Sequence record: MN850584.1
Origin: Escherichia phage arall
Length of the DNA stretch: 64,000 nucleotides
Reading direction: 5' to 3' (one strand)
A model generated the notes under the pieces. It made no database searches. It saw only the letters and a list, made by a program, of their open reading frames with translations, and was not told the origin of the DNA. The position numbers and the translations under genes are program-made. Positions within the stretch are counted from its first letter, which is position 1. Every line of letters begins with the position of its first letter. Of this stretch, positions 29,504 to 37,307 are shown one piece after another.

Positions 29504-30055
29504 ATGCAAAACACCAATCTGACTTGGATAGAAGCCAAAGAAGCAATGTTAAAAGGCAAACGCGTTAAACATAAATACTTTTGCGAAGGAGAATGGTTTG
29601 AAATGCGTAACCGATCCCTTGTAGATGAAAAAGGGAATGACATGGAACAATGGTTCAAAAATGAAATTTGGCAGGGGACAGGTTGGTCTATAGTTGAAGA
29701 GCAGCCTAGCCCAAGCGCACTGTTTAGCCCTATTATGTATCGCGTTATCGGTGCTTTAGTTGTTGATCACGGAATTGCAGTGGAAAAAGAATGCTGGGAA
29801 AAGGTATCTTTTTTCAACCTGGCTTCTTATGCAAAAAGCCATATGCACTTGTTTGAAGAAGGGGATGAATTTGTTCTTCGTATGCGATATGGCAAAGAAT
29901 TCAGATTACCACTTGATAATGATGTAGACACTGTTGTAAAATGGTTAGCAGAGCATTACGCTTACGATGCAATTTGTGGTCGCAGCTTCGGCAACGAACG
30001 CTGGGACATGATTTGTGAAAAATATGATTTTGAGCCAGAGTACGGAGTTTTATAA
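29504..30055 (+). CDS. Hypothetical protein with possible N-terminal DUF2829 (Tad2-like) segment
   Basis: ATG at 29504 with GAGGAG upstream; LTWIEAKEAMLKGKRVKHKYFCEGEWF resembles the W-x-EA-x-K-G-K-x-V-R pattern of DUF2829; weak. Confidence 0.5.
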   Translation: MQNTNLTWIEAKEAMLKGKRVKHKYFCEGEWFEMRNRSLVDEKGNDMEQWFKNEIWQGTGWSIVEEQPSPSALFSPIMYRVIGALVVDHGIAVEKECWEKVSFFNLASYAKSHMHLFEEGDEFVLRMRYGKEFRLPLDNDVDTVVKWLAEHYAYDAICGRSFGNERWDMICEKYDFEPEYGVL

Positions 30056-30306
30056 TGTTAAGTATCAAACCTAAAATGATAACAGAAGACGAAGCAGACT
30101 TTATTTTCAAATGTGGACGTGTATGGAGAGAATTCACAAAAGGGAATGAAGTGGTTGTTGTTGTCGAACACAAGATATCTATCCAGGATCTGTTTGGACA
30201 ATATGTTGATGTTATTAAATTAGGTATTGACAAGGGTTTAGTTGAGGTGTTAACATTAGATCAAGTTGAAGCAGAGCACCTCGATAAAGTGGTGGTTGAA
30301 TTTTAA
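30055..30306 (+). CDS. Hypothetical protein
   Basis: 83 aa ORF. Confidence 0.45.
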   Translation: MLSIKPKMITEDEADFIFKCGRVWREFTKGNEVVVVVEHKISIQDLFGQYVDVIKLGIDKGLVEVLTLDQVEAEHLDKVVVEF

Positions 30307-30326
30307 AATACAGACGGGAGAAAGGT

Positions 30327-30500
30327 ATGAGTTTCTTTGTTACAGTATTTATGGCTATCTGGATTGTAGTCTCACTCGTTCTTTTCCTGGTGGGTTGTCT
30401 GGAAGAGATTAAGAAAGCGGTTATTTGCGGTTTCTTTGGCTTTATTATCTCTCCTGCCTGGATGTGGTTCTTCATTATGATTGGTTTCCTTAAAAGGTAA
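30327..30500 (+). CDS. Small membrane protein (57 aa)
   Basis: ATG after AGGT; two hydrophobic segments; below track cutoff. Confidence 0.35.
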   Translation: MSFFVTVFMAIWIVVSLVLFLVGCLEEIKKAVICGFFGFIISPAWMWFFIMIGFLKR

Positions 30501-30514
30501 GTGAGGAATAAAGA

Positions 30515-30952
30515 ATGAGTAAAACAAACGCAATCGCAGATAAAGCAACGGATGTACTTCTGAACATGGTTAACGTCACTATTCAAACAATGAGTGATGT
30601 TGTGGAGTTTGGAAAACAACAAATTCCAGAAGTAATCCATCAATTATTAGTGTGGAAAGCAGTATCCGCAGGTTTATGGCAACTTTTTAGTATTTGCTTT
30701 ATGTTTATTACTTTTATTGCTGTGCGGAACCTCGTAAAAGCAATTAAAGATAAAGAATGCCTGTGGTCACGAGATCGCTATGGTGAAGTATCTGCTTTAC
30801 CTATTGTTGGTCTTGTTGTCTGTGCTTTCTTTTTCTTTTTAGGATTTGTTATTTTCTTTTCGAATTTTGATTGGCTAAAAATTATTATTGCACCAAAAGT
30901 GTATCTGATTGAATTTGCTGCTGATTTAATTCGTTCATCTCAACAAAGATAA
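30515..30952 (+). CDS. Membrane protein
   Basis: 145 aa with two long hydrophobic helices. Confidence 0.5.
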   Translation: MSKTNAIADKATDVLLNMVNVTIQTMSDVVEFGKQQIPEVIHQLLVWKAVSAGLWQLFSICFMFITFIAVRNLVKAIKDKECLWSRDRYGEVSALPIVGLVVCAFFFFLGFVIFFSNFDWLKIIIAPKVYLIEFAADLIRSSQQR

Positions 30953-30964
30953 AAGGGGGTTAAA

Positions 30965-32092
30965 ATGAAATACACGATTTATGGTGATATTGTAAGTGTA
31001 AATAAAGATATGGGCGTGGAATCTAACTATCTTCCACCTGGATTCTATACTGTTAGTCGTGATCCCCTTGGCAATTACTTTTTAAGCCGTGGTAATCTAA
31101 CAGGTGTACCGGATGTTCTGTATGGTGAAACAGAAAAACGAGCAAATCACGTTATTCGTACATTCCATCGCCGGAGTGCACAAGGTAAAAATACAGGTTT
31201 GCTCCTGACAGGAACTAAGGGCAGTGGTAAAACTATGTTAGCCAAACTCATTAGTCGTGACCTTGTAGAAGAAGGTATTCCAACTATTATGGTTACTCAA
31301 GCCTACAGTGATGCTAATTTCATTGAACTTATTAGCAAGATCACAGACAAAGCAGTCATTATTTTTGACGAGTTTGATAAAGTATATGAGAAGAAACAAG
31401 ATCAAGAAGCACTTCTCACTTTGTTAGATGGTACTGGCAGTGGTAATAAACTGTTTATTCTGACTAAAAACAGTGGTTTTATCTCTGAATTCTTTTTAAA
31501 TCGTCCTAGTCGTGTGTTTTATAATTTTAATTATGATAAAATCTCACTAGAAACTATGATTGACTATTTAGATAAAAACCTGGATAACAAAGCACACTTT
31601 GATAATTTCCAAAGACTTTGGGATGTAAGTTTAGAGTTGTCCTTTGATGTGATCCAAGGTATAGTAGAAGAACTTAATTTCTATCCTGATTTATCCTTTA
31701 AAGAATGCATCTCTATGATGGGCGTTTCTTTGGGTGGTGGTAATAAATGGGATATCAGCAGCGTTGTTATTAATGGAAAACTTCAGAAAGTTAGCTGGGT
31801 ATCTAGTTGGCATAACTTCACACCTGCAATCTTTTTAGGTGGTTCGTGCACACTAGACGTGTACTTGTCATCTCCAAGTGATGCAGACTCTAAAGAAGCC
31901 CTTGCTAATAGCTCTTACGTGGTTTTTGATGATGAAGGCGATGCTCGAATTCCATTGAATGCGACAAAAATGAAAGCAGATCTTATTACAGGCGGTAAAA
32001 TCGTTGTGTTTAGTGATGATCCAGAAGATTCTTTCCGTATTGTTCTGGAACCAACTATCACCAATGGTGCAACTTTGGCAAGTGTGTTTTAA
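30965..32092 (+). CDS. AAA+/P-loop ATPase-like protein (paralog of 13786-14946)
   Basis: Walker A GTKGSGKT, Walker B IIFDEFD; collinear similarity to minus-strand paralog. Confidence 0.6.
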   Translation: MKYTIYGDIVSVNKDMGVESNYLPPGFYTVSRDPLGNYFLSRGNLTGVPDVLYGETEKRANHVIRTFHRRSAQGKNTGLLLTGTKGSGKTMLAKLISRDLVEEGIPTIMVTQAYSDANFIELISKITDKAVIIFDEFDKVYEKKQDQEALLTLLDGTGSGNKLFILTKNSGFISEFFLNRPSRVFYNFNYDKISLETMIDYLDKNLDNKAHFDNFQRLWDVSLELSFDVIQGIVEELNFYPDLSFKECISMMGVSLGGGNKWDISSVVINGKLQKVSWVSSWHNFTPAIFLGGSCTLDVYLSSPSDADSKEALANSSYVVFDDEGDARIPLNATKMKADLITGGKIVVFSDDPEDSFRIVLEPTITNGATLASVF

Positions 32093-32106
32093 GTAAGCCA
32101 GCAAAT

Positions 32107-32131
32107 AAAAACCCGCTTCGGCGGGTTTTCT
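32107..32131 (+). terminator. Rho-independent terminator
   Basis: AACCCGC-TTCG-GCGGGTT hairpin followed by TTTTCTTG; identical hairpin recurs at 57026. Confidence 0.6.
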
Positions 32132-32166
32132 TGCATTAATGCCAGATTTAATAAGAGGAGTAGTAG

Positions 32167-33360
32167 ATGGCAGCACCAAAATCATGGGAACAATATAAAG
32201 AAGAGTGTCAACCTATTGCGAATAATAAAGGGATTGAGATCCTAGGATATGTTGAACCGTTTATAGGTTGTGATACGAAAATGATTCTACGCTGTAGGCA
32301 GGAACATGAATGGAAGACTTGTAGTATTAGTAATTTCAAGCACGGTAACAGTTGTCCTATCTGTTCTGGTAAGAAGCCGTTAACATGGGAAACAGAATTG
32401 CCGATCTTGGAAGAGATAGCACAGAAGAAGGGGTATCAGGTGTTAGGGTACGTTGGAGAATGGAAAGGGAATAAAACAAAACTTGATTTGTTGTGCCATT
32501 GTGGGAATAGATGGCAAAGTACAGCAATTCATCAATTTAAAGGCGGTCGAGGTTGTCCACAATGTAGGGGGGAGAATACAAGGAAGGCACTAACAATGTC
32601 CGACGATCAACATATTGCAGATTTCTTTTCTACAGGGAAATTTAAGGAAGGCACTATCTTCACTAACACAGGAACACGGAGTAAAGGATGCAGGCATAGT
32701 ATCTGGATGGTTGAATGTCCTGTTTGCTCTCATGATGAATATGTTCAAGCAGGTGTTTGTGATGGTAAATTTTACTCTGAAGGAAATAACCTTAAACGAG
32801 GGTGCATTCCGTGTCGTTGTGGGAACTATCGGTATACAGAAGACCAGATCACCTATAGGGTAAAAAAGGAAGTAGAAGGGCAAGGGTATGTCTGGGTAGG
32901 TTGGATCGGTAAACCGTCTAGAAGTCACGGTAAGTTTAAATATCTTTGTCTTGTGCATGGGGAACAGACAGGGAGGGCTAATAACTTATTAAGCCTCGGT
33001 CAAGGTTGTCCACAGTGTGCTGGTCATAATCAACAGCAATTATATATTAATATTGTTAAAGATAATGATATTATAGTGGCTCTTAAGTTTGGTATAGCTA
33101 AAGATAGTGATAGGCGATTAAATAGTCAAAATAGTTGTAATATGTTTTTTATGGAGCGTATTTGTTTATATGATTTTAGCACAGTGAAACAATGTAAGGC
33201 TGCTGAAAGAGCTATAAAGAAAAAATTAAAAACTGGTATTTTAACGGAAAGAGAGTTGAAAGACGGTTATACAGAAACAGTAAGTGTTTCTGATTTGGAA
33301 AATCTTCAAGAAATTATTACACAACATGGTGGCAAATTAGTATATAATAAGGAGATGTAA
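32167..33360 (+). CDS. Zinc-ribbon repeat protein with C-terminal T5orf172/GIY-YIG-like domain (putative free-standing homing endonuclease)
   Basis: Four repeated modules each ending in a CPxC zinc ribbon (CPICSG, GCPQCRG, CPVCSH, GCPQCAG); C-terminal YINIVKDNDIIVALKFGIAKD...RR resembles T5orf172 domain. Confidence 0.45.
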   Translation: MAAPKSWEQYKEECQPIANNKGIEILGYVEPFIGCDTKMILRCRQEHEWKTCSISNFKHGNSCPICSGKKPLTWETELPILEEIAQKKGYQVLGYVGEWKGNKTKLDLLCHCGNRWQSTAIHQFKGGRGCPQCRGENTRKALTMSDDQHIADFFSTGKFKEGTIFTNTGTRSKGCRHSIWMVECPVCSHDEYVQAGVCDGKFYSEGNNLKRGCIPCRCGNYRYTEDQITYRVKKEVEGQGYVWVGWIGKPSRSHGKFKYLCLVHGEQTGRANNLLSLGQGCPQCAGHNQQQLYINIVKDNDIIVALKFGIAKDSDRRLNSQNSCNMFFMERICLYDFSTVKQCKAAERAIKKKLKTGILTERELKDGYTETVSVSDLENLQEIITQHGGKLVYNKEM

Positions 33361-33912
33361 ATGCGGATTACTGATAAGTATGTGTTCTTCTTTTCGGCAA
33401 AAGATGAATTTAGCAACTGGTATCTATCATCTTTTATTGAACCTTTAGCTCCCAAGTATAATAATTCTATCACAAGTTCTGTCGAATTTACTTGTGTGGA
33501 ACAATATATGATGTGGAGAAAAGCATGTTTGTTTTATGATTACAATATTGCATCTTCTATTTTAACCGGAGATCTAAGATATACAGGAGAAAAAGAACAA
33601 GCATATTATAAGCGACTAGGTAGATTAGTTAAAGATTATGATGAAGACACCTGGACTTCTTTACGGGAGAAGATTGTCAAACGTGGTTTGTATCTTAAAT
33701 ACACACAAAATGAAGATCTCAAAAATAAACTTATTGCTTACGCAGATAAGGAGTTCGTAGAGGCAAGCCCTTATGATTCTATTTATGGTATCAAAATGGG
33801 GATGTGGGATCGGGACGTGGAAAATAAGGATTGTTGGAAAGGACAAAATCTTTTAGGAAAATGGCATACAGACCTTGCTGTTTATCTAAAAACACAATCT
33901 GATATTTCCTGA
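33361..33912 (+). CDS. NADAR (DUF1768, YbiA-like) domain protein
   Basis: FFFS..DEFSNWY...EQYMMWRKA...EASPYDSIYGIKMG follows the NADAR pattern. Confidence 0.7.
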   Translation: MRITDKYVFFFSAKDEFSNWYLSSFIEPLAPKYNNSITSSVEFTCVEQYMMWRKACLFYDYNIASSILTGDLRYTGEKEQAYYKRLGRLVKDYDEDTWTSLREKIVKRGLYLKYTQNEDLKNKLIAYADKEFVEASPYDSIYGIKMGMWDRDVENKDCWKGQNLLGKWHTDLAVYLKTQSDIS

Positions 33913-34130
33913 TATTTTGAAAATTTTTATTTTTATAAAAAGGGGTGTGGTTTCATGTACGGAAATCCACCCTCTGAATAATATATCCAGAGTAAATATT
34001 ATTCTGTACTCTGTTAATAAAGTATTTAATTTGTTTGTTGGACTATGGTATCTGATCTTTAAAAGGTATACTATCTCTTAACTACTACTTATAACAGAAC
34101 AGTAAAATCATTTTTATAAAAAGGATAAAA

Positions 34131-34330
34131 TTATTTAAAGTTTTTACAGATTTTTGGATACAAATTTTGAAAATGAAAAGTTCAAGTTTGGTCAAAATTA
34201 TTTAAAGTTTTTGTACGTATTTCTATCCAGATTTTGAAAATGAAAACTTCAATTTTTTAAAAATTCCCCAGTTTATTTAAAGTTTTTTTGCCTTTTTCCG
34301 TAGAAAAATCAAAAATGAAAAGTTCAATTT
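34131..34330. repeat. Three iteron-like direct repeats (period about 66-75 bp)
   Basis: Each unit has TTATTTAAAGTTTTT followed by (A)TTTTGAAAATGAAAAGTTCAA-like motif (34164-34185, 34231-34252, 34308-34327). Confidence 0.6.
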
Positions 34331-34350
34331 CGTGTTTTTATGGGTGTGCG

Positions 34351-34412
34351 GATGATAATCATTCTCACTAAGAGAATGAGAATCATTAGCAAATGAGAAT
34401 TTTTCTCATTTA
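34351..34412. promoter_or_regulatory. Nested palindromes including two Fur-box-like sites
   Basis: GATGATAATCATTCTCAC and GAGAATGAGAATCATTAGC resemble the Fur consensus GATAATGATAATCATTATC; plus perfect palindrome AAATGAGAA-TTT-TTCTCATTT. Confidence 0.4.
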
Positions 34413-34429
34413 GAGAATAACGCGCAGGG

Positions 34430-34641
34430 GTGGTGTTTGTCTCGCGCTCCCGTGTCCCCTCGCCATACAATAAGAATAGCATAACCAACAACAAAAGCAA
34501 GCGATTATTTTTATCTTTACATTTCTTTACAAATTTATTTTAGACGAGCTACCGGCGATCAACCTTCCAACCAGTGCCCCCTGGTATGTTAGCCCCGCCT
34601 TTACGCCGTGGGGGTGGCGTTTCCTCTTCTGTATGTAAAAC
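34430..34641 (-). ncRNA. Candidate structured non-coding RNA downstream of a minus-strand promoter
   Basis: GC-rich segment in AT-rich context, no ORF, directly downstream of TTGACA-17-TATACT; speculative. Confidence 0.2.
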
Positions 34642-34670
34642 AGTATAAGCCCGATCCCTGGGCTTGTCAA
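34642..34670 (-). promoter_or_regulatory. Sigma70-like promoter (TTGACA-17-TATACT), minus strand
   Basis: Consensus -35 and near-consensus -10; spacer contains GC hairpin AAGCCC-AGGGATC-GGGCTT. Confidence 0.45.
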
Positions 34671-34672
34671 GA

Positions 34673-34939
34673 TTATTTTTTGTTTTCTTGCCAGGATAGG
34701 ACACCTAACCAAAAATACATGTCGCCCCGCGCCCCTGGCGGGATCTTGCTTTCCCCGCCGCCACTGCAAGCCCATAGATAACCATTTACGAACGTATCAA
34801 AGTGATCTATCTCTTCCACCTTATGATTGCCCAGGTTGAGAACGGTTTCAACCTTTAAGCCCGTTGCGCTTGCTACCTGGTGCACCGTGCCGCCTTGCCA
34901 GCCCAATGAGTGCATGAGGTGTAAAGTAGTATTTGTCAT
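34673..34939 (-). CDS. Hypothetical protein (88 aa) in GC-rich island
   Basis: ATG with AAAGGGCG SD-like sequence; own promoter and 5' hairpin upstream; local GC content higher than surroundings. Confidence 0.5.
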   Translation of the reverse strand: MTNTTLHLMHSLGWQGGTVHQVASATGLKVETVLNLGNHKVEEIDHFDTFVNGYLWACSGGGESKIPPGARGDMYFWLGVLSWQENKK

Positions 34940-34961
34940 GGTATCGCCCTTTCTTTGATGT

Positions 34962-34977
34962 GCGCCCTGGTTGGCGC
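34962..34977 (-). promoter_or_regulatory. 5'-UTR hairpin (GCGCC-AACCAG-GGCGC) of minus-strand gene
   Basis: Inverted repeat between promoter and start codon. Confidence 0.35.
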
Positions 34978-34986
34978 GGTAGAAAG

Positions 34987-35015
34987 ATAATAGCCCTTTC
35001 CTTTATAGATAGCAA
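34987..35015 (-). promoter_or_regulatory. Sigma70-like promoter (TTGCTA-17-TATTAT), minus strand
   Basis: Back-to-back with plus promoter at 35056; shared A-tract (35016-35050) could act as UP element for both. Confidence 0.45.
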
Positions 35016-35055
35016 GCAAAAAAAAAGAAATGAAAAAAAGATTAAAAAAAAGGGG

Positions 35056-35084
35056 TTGACGTTCCTCACCTGGTAGCGTATTAT
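35056..35084 (+). promoter_or_regulatory. Sigma70-like promoter (TTGACG-17-TATTAT), first plus-strand early promoter
   Basis: Preceded by long A-tract. Confidence 0.5.
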
Positions 35085-35211
35085 TCATCTTGTCGAGGGG
35101 GGCGAGGCACAACGACAATAAACAAAAGGAGGGCGCAATGTAGGACGGGCAAAGGTGAGGATCTCCATAATCCACCGTCACAATAACATTACTTATAAAA
35201 GGTTGATAACG

Positions 35212-35307
35212 ATGATCAAGAAAGAAAACAGCTTGACGGTTGGAACGATTAACGCTATCATTCTAGCCGTTCCATTTTGGGTTGTAGTAGCGGTTATTAT
35301 CTTTTAA
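35212..35307 (+). CDS. Small hydrophobic peptide (31 aa)
   Basis: ATG 9 nt after AAGG; single TM-like segment; low confidence. Confidence 0.25.
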   Translation: MIKKENSLTVGTINAIILAVPFWVVVAVIIF

Positions 35308-35315
35308 AAATATTC

Positions 35316-35343
35316 TTGACAACGTTTTTTAATCTGATAAGAT
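35316..35343 (+). promoter_or_regulatory. Sigma70-like promoter (TTGACA-16-TAAGAT)
   Basis: Upstream of hairpin and gene 35396. Confidence 0.45.
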
Positions 35344-35353
35344 GTATCACATA

Positions 35354-35373
35354 GGGCGGCAATAGTGCCGCTC
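35354..35373 (+). promoter_or_regulatory. Conserved 5'-UTR hairpin (family member 1)
   Basis: CATAGG-GCGGCA-ATAG-TGCCGC; 40-nt element identical to copy at 38448-38487. Confidence 0.6.
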
Positions 35374-35395
35374 ATAACAGAAGAGAGAAATAATC

Positions 35396-35668
35396 ATGGC
35401 ATCATATAGCGCATCAATGATCGTAATGGGTATCACTGGTAAACCTATGCGCGGTGGCGGATCTTTCGCTAACATCAATATTGATGGGCGTTTATCCCTG
35501 GATGCAGCGATCACCGTGGCACGGGAAACATTTAAAAAAGAATGTAATTTCAATAAACAAGATTATCTCGGTTTCGCTATTGAAAAAACCGCGCGCTTTG
35601 TTGATTATAAAAGCCCGAAAATGGTTGATACTACACTAAAAGCGCAAGATGTAGCATTTTTGCTTTAA
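35396..35668 (+). CDS. Hypothetical early protein
   Basis: 90 aa ORF, ATG start. Confidence 0.55.
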   Translation: MASYSASMIVMGITGKPMRGGGSFANINIDGRLSLDAAITVARETFKKECNFNKQDYLGFAIEKTARFVDYKSPKMVDTTLKAQDVAFLL

Positions 35669-35671
35669 GGC

Positions 35672-35701
35672 TTGACACTGAAAAATAATTTGGTAATATA
35701 T
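35672..35701 (+). promoter_or_regulatory. Sigma70-like promoter (TTGACA-17/18-AATATA)
   Basis: Upstream of hairpin and gene 35755. Confidence 0.45.
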
Positions 35702-35710
35702 ACTACATAG

Positions 35711-35732
35711 GGCGGGGAAATGGTTTCCCGCC
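35711..35732 (+). promoter_or_regulatory. Conserved 5'-UTR hairpin (family member 2)
   Basis: GGCGGGGAA-ATGG-TTTCCCGCC, 9-bp stem. Confidence 0.6.
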
Positions 35733-35754
35733 AAATCAAAGAAAGGGTAACACA

Positions 35755-36117
35755 ATGAGCAAGCAAATCAATACTATCATGTTAAACCTGGTATCTTTCC
35801 GCGACGACGTGAAAAATCTTCCACGTGATGCAGTGGATGCACGTATCGAAAGCTATCGCTCACAGATCGCAACGCTACCGCTAAAACGTGATCAACATGC
35901 CGCTAATATGATGCTTAATGCTATGCTTAAAAAGATGATTCAATGTGATCTTACCCTGGCTTATGAATATGCTGGCGATCTCTTTGTAACATATAGCAAG
36001 CCCGTACCAGGTATGAGCACAACCGAAGAATTGCATGCCTTAAATCTGCGACAAGATGCATGGGATAACATGCGCCGTGTTATGGTATGGGTAGAAAGCG
36101 GTAAAATTTACGAATAA
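35755..36117 (+). CDS. Hypothetical early protein
   Basis: 120 aa ORF. Confidence 0.55.
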   Translation: MSKQINTIMLNLVSFRDDVKNLPRDAVDARIESYRSQIATLPLKRDQHAANMMLNAMLKKMIQCDLTLAYEYAGDLFVTYSKPVPGMSTTEELHALNLRQDAWDNMRRVMVWVESGKIYE

Positions 36118-36123
36118 AAACGG

Positions 36124-36151
36124 TTGACATTGCACTAAAACCTGATAAGCT
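36124..36151 (+). promoter_or_regulatory. Sigma70-like promoter (TTGACA-16-TAAGCT)
   Basis: Upstream of hairpin 36158. Confidence 0.4.
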
Positions 36152-36157
36152 ATCTTA

Positions 36158-36178
36158 AAGCGGGAATAGTTCCCGCTT
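36158..36178 (+). promoter_or_regulatory. Conserved 5'-UTR hairpin (family member 3)
   Basis: AAGCGGGAA-TAG-TTCCCGCTT, 9-bp stem, 3-nt loop. Confidence 0.6.
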
Positions 36179-36195
36179 ACATAGGATAAAACTTT

Positions 36196-36342
36196 ATGAA
36201 ACAATATGTAATGAGTATTCACACCAAAAACGGCGCTACTGTTACGACTCCGGCACGGTTTGCACTTGTAAACCGTTGCAAGAGACTAAAACGAGAGCTA
36301 AAAAACAACCGTGCAACGGGCTTTAAACGCTGGGGAGGATAA
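36196..36342 (+). CDS. Small basic protein (48 aa)
   Basis: ATG downstream of hairpin; below track cutoff. Confidence 0.4.
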   Translation: MKQYVMSIHTKNGATVTTPARFALVNRCKRLKRELKNNRATGFKRWGG

Positions 36343-36344
36343 TC

Positions 36345-36605
36345 TTGTTTTTTCTAAAAGTTTTTGATAATGTGATCGCTTTTGAACATGCTGCAACGTT
36401 CAACCTGGCGAGATACGCTATCAGGTTTAAAGATAATGTTTATCCCCGTGCTGGTGGCGGTTACACTATCTTTAATCATCGTAACGCTCAATTAACGGAT
36501 ATAACGAATCCAGATCCTGGAGTGTATCGCATAGGTTGGCTACCGTCAAAAGACGCGGCAAGCATGTTTAAGGTATGTAAACTACTAACAGAAGAGGCAA
36601 ATTAG
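36345..36605 (+). CDS. Hypothetical protein (start uncertain, TTG or GTG)
   Basis: 86 aa ORF with no in-frame ATG near 5' end. Confidence 0.4.
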   Translation: MFFLKVFDNVIAFEHAATFNLARYAIRFKDNVYPRAGGGYTIFNHRNAQLTDITNPDPGVYRIGWLPSKDAASMFKVCKLLTEEAN

Positions 36606-36606
36606 C

Positions 36607-37161
36607 ATGGGGCGTGAGTATGTGATCCAGTCCTGGGTAAAGCATGACGCTAATGATCCGCGCATAATACCAGATGACATGATCGATCACATGGTAGGGT
36701 ATAGCGGGGAGCAGATAGGAAATCGAGCGGCAAAGAGCAACGGCAACACAAAGGCGCGATCCGTTCGCCCTGGTTGGCTGGCAAATGGTAACGCTGACAT
36801 TACAAGCGCCGCAGATCCAAGCGATGACGCTAAAAATAATCCCTTATACAGCATTGATCCGGCTTTTAAGGTGTTAGAAGAATATCCCGCTAAATTAGCC
36901 GCACTAGATAAAGCATACGAAGAAAAACGGGTGGCATGGACTGTATACAACACCGCTAAAATGGTGCTAGATGCAAAATTGATTAAAGCCCAGGAGAAGA
37001 TCAATAAACTTGTTACCATAGCGCAAGAGGAAGACCAGGACGACCAGGAGGAAGAGGAAGAAATCATGCCTATCCTGGAAGAGGAAGAGATCCAGCCATA
37101 CATGCCGACGGAAGAGGAAAAAAGACAAGCCTTAAAAAATTACGAAAATTGTATTGTGTAA
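36607..37161 (+). CDS. Hypothetical protein with acidic C-terminal tail
   Basis: 184 aa ORF. Confidence 0.55.
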   Translation: MGREYVIQSWVKHDANDPRIIPDDMIDHMVGYSGEQIGNRAAKSNGNTKARSVRPGWLANGNADITSAADPSDDAKNNPLYSIDPAFKVLEEYPAKLAALDKAYEEKRVAWTVYNTAKMVLDAKLIKAQEKINKLVTIAQEEDQDDQEEEEEIMPILEEEEIQPYMPTEEEKRQALKNYENCIV

Positions 37162-37164
37162 GGC

Positions 37165-37193
37165 TTGACATATGCAAACAAGCCCCGTAATAT
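37165..37193 (+). promoter_or_regulatory. Sigma70-like promoter (TTGACA-17-TAATAT), first of tandem pair
   Basis: Followed by hairpin but no ORF before second promoter. Confidence 0.4.
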
Positions 37194-37207
37194 GTACCAC
37201 ATAAAGC

Positions 37208-37220
37208 GGGGCAACGCCCC
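37208..37220 (+). promoter_or_regulatory. 5'-UTR-type hairpin (family member 4)
   Basis: GGGGC-AAC-GCCCC. Confidence 0.4.
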
Positions 37221-37242
37221 ATAAGGTGAAATAAAAAATCAC

Positions 37243-37270
37243 TTGACACCTGAAATCAGTAAGCTATAAT
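37243..37270 (+). promoter_or_regulatory. Consensus sigma70 promoter (TTGACA-16-TATAAT)
   Basis: Perfect -35 and -10 hexamers. Confidence 0.6.
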
Positions 37271-37307
37271 GCTTATATAAATTAAAGCGTTACTAAGGAA
37301 TAAAATC

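Noticed and set aside
34131-34330. CRISPR array
   Set aside because: The only periodic repeats have AT-rich variable units without CRISPR-like fixed repeat and unique spacers; other repeats are scattered promoter/hairpin units.
34527-34775. ORF 34527-34775 (-) and other ORFs spanning the 34.4-35.2 kb regulatory region
   Set aside because: Read through promoter hexamers and hairpins in a different frame from the supported 88-aa gene.
36687-37103. Minus-strand ORFs inside the plus-strand block (e.g. 36687-37103, 39360-39663, 47804-48013, 50414-50751, 55779-56163)
   Set aside because: Fully overlapped by plus-strand genes with promoters and SD sequences; Ser/Leu-rich antisense artefacts.
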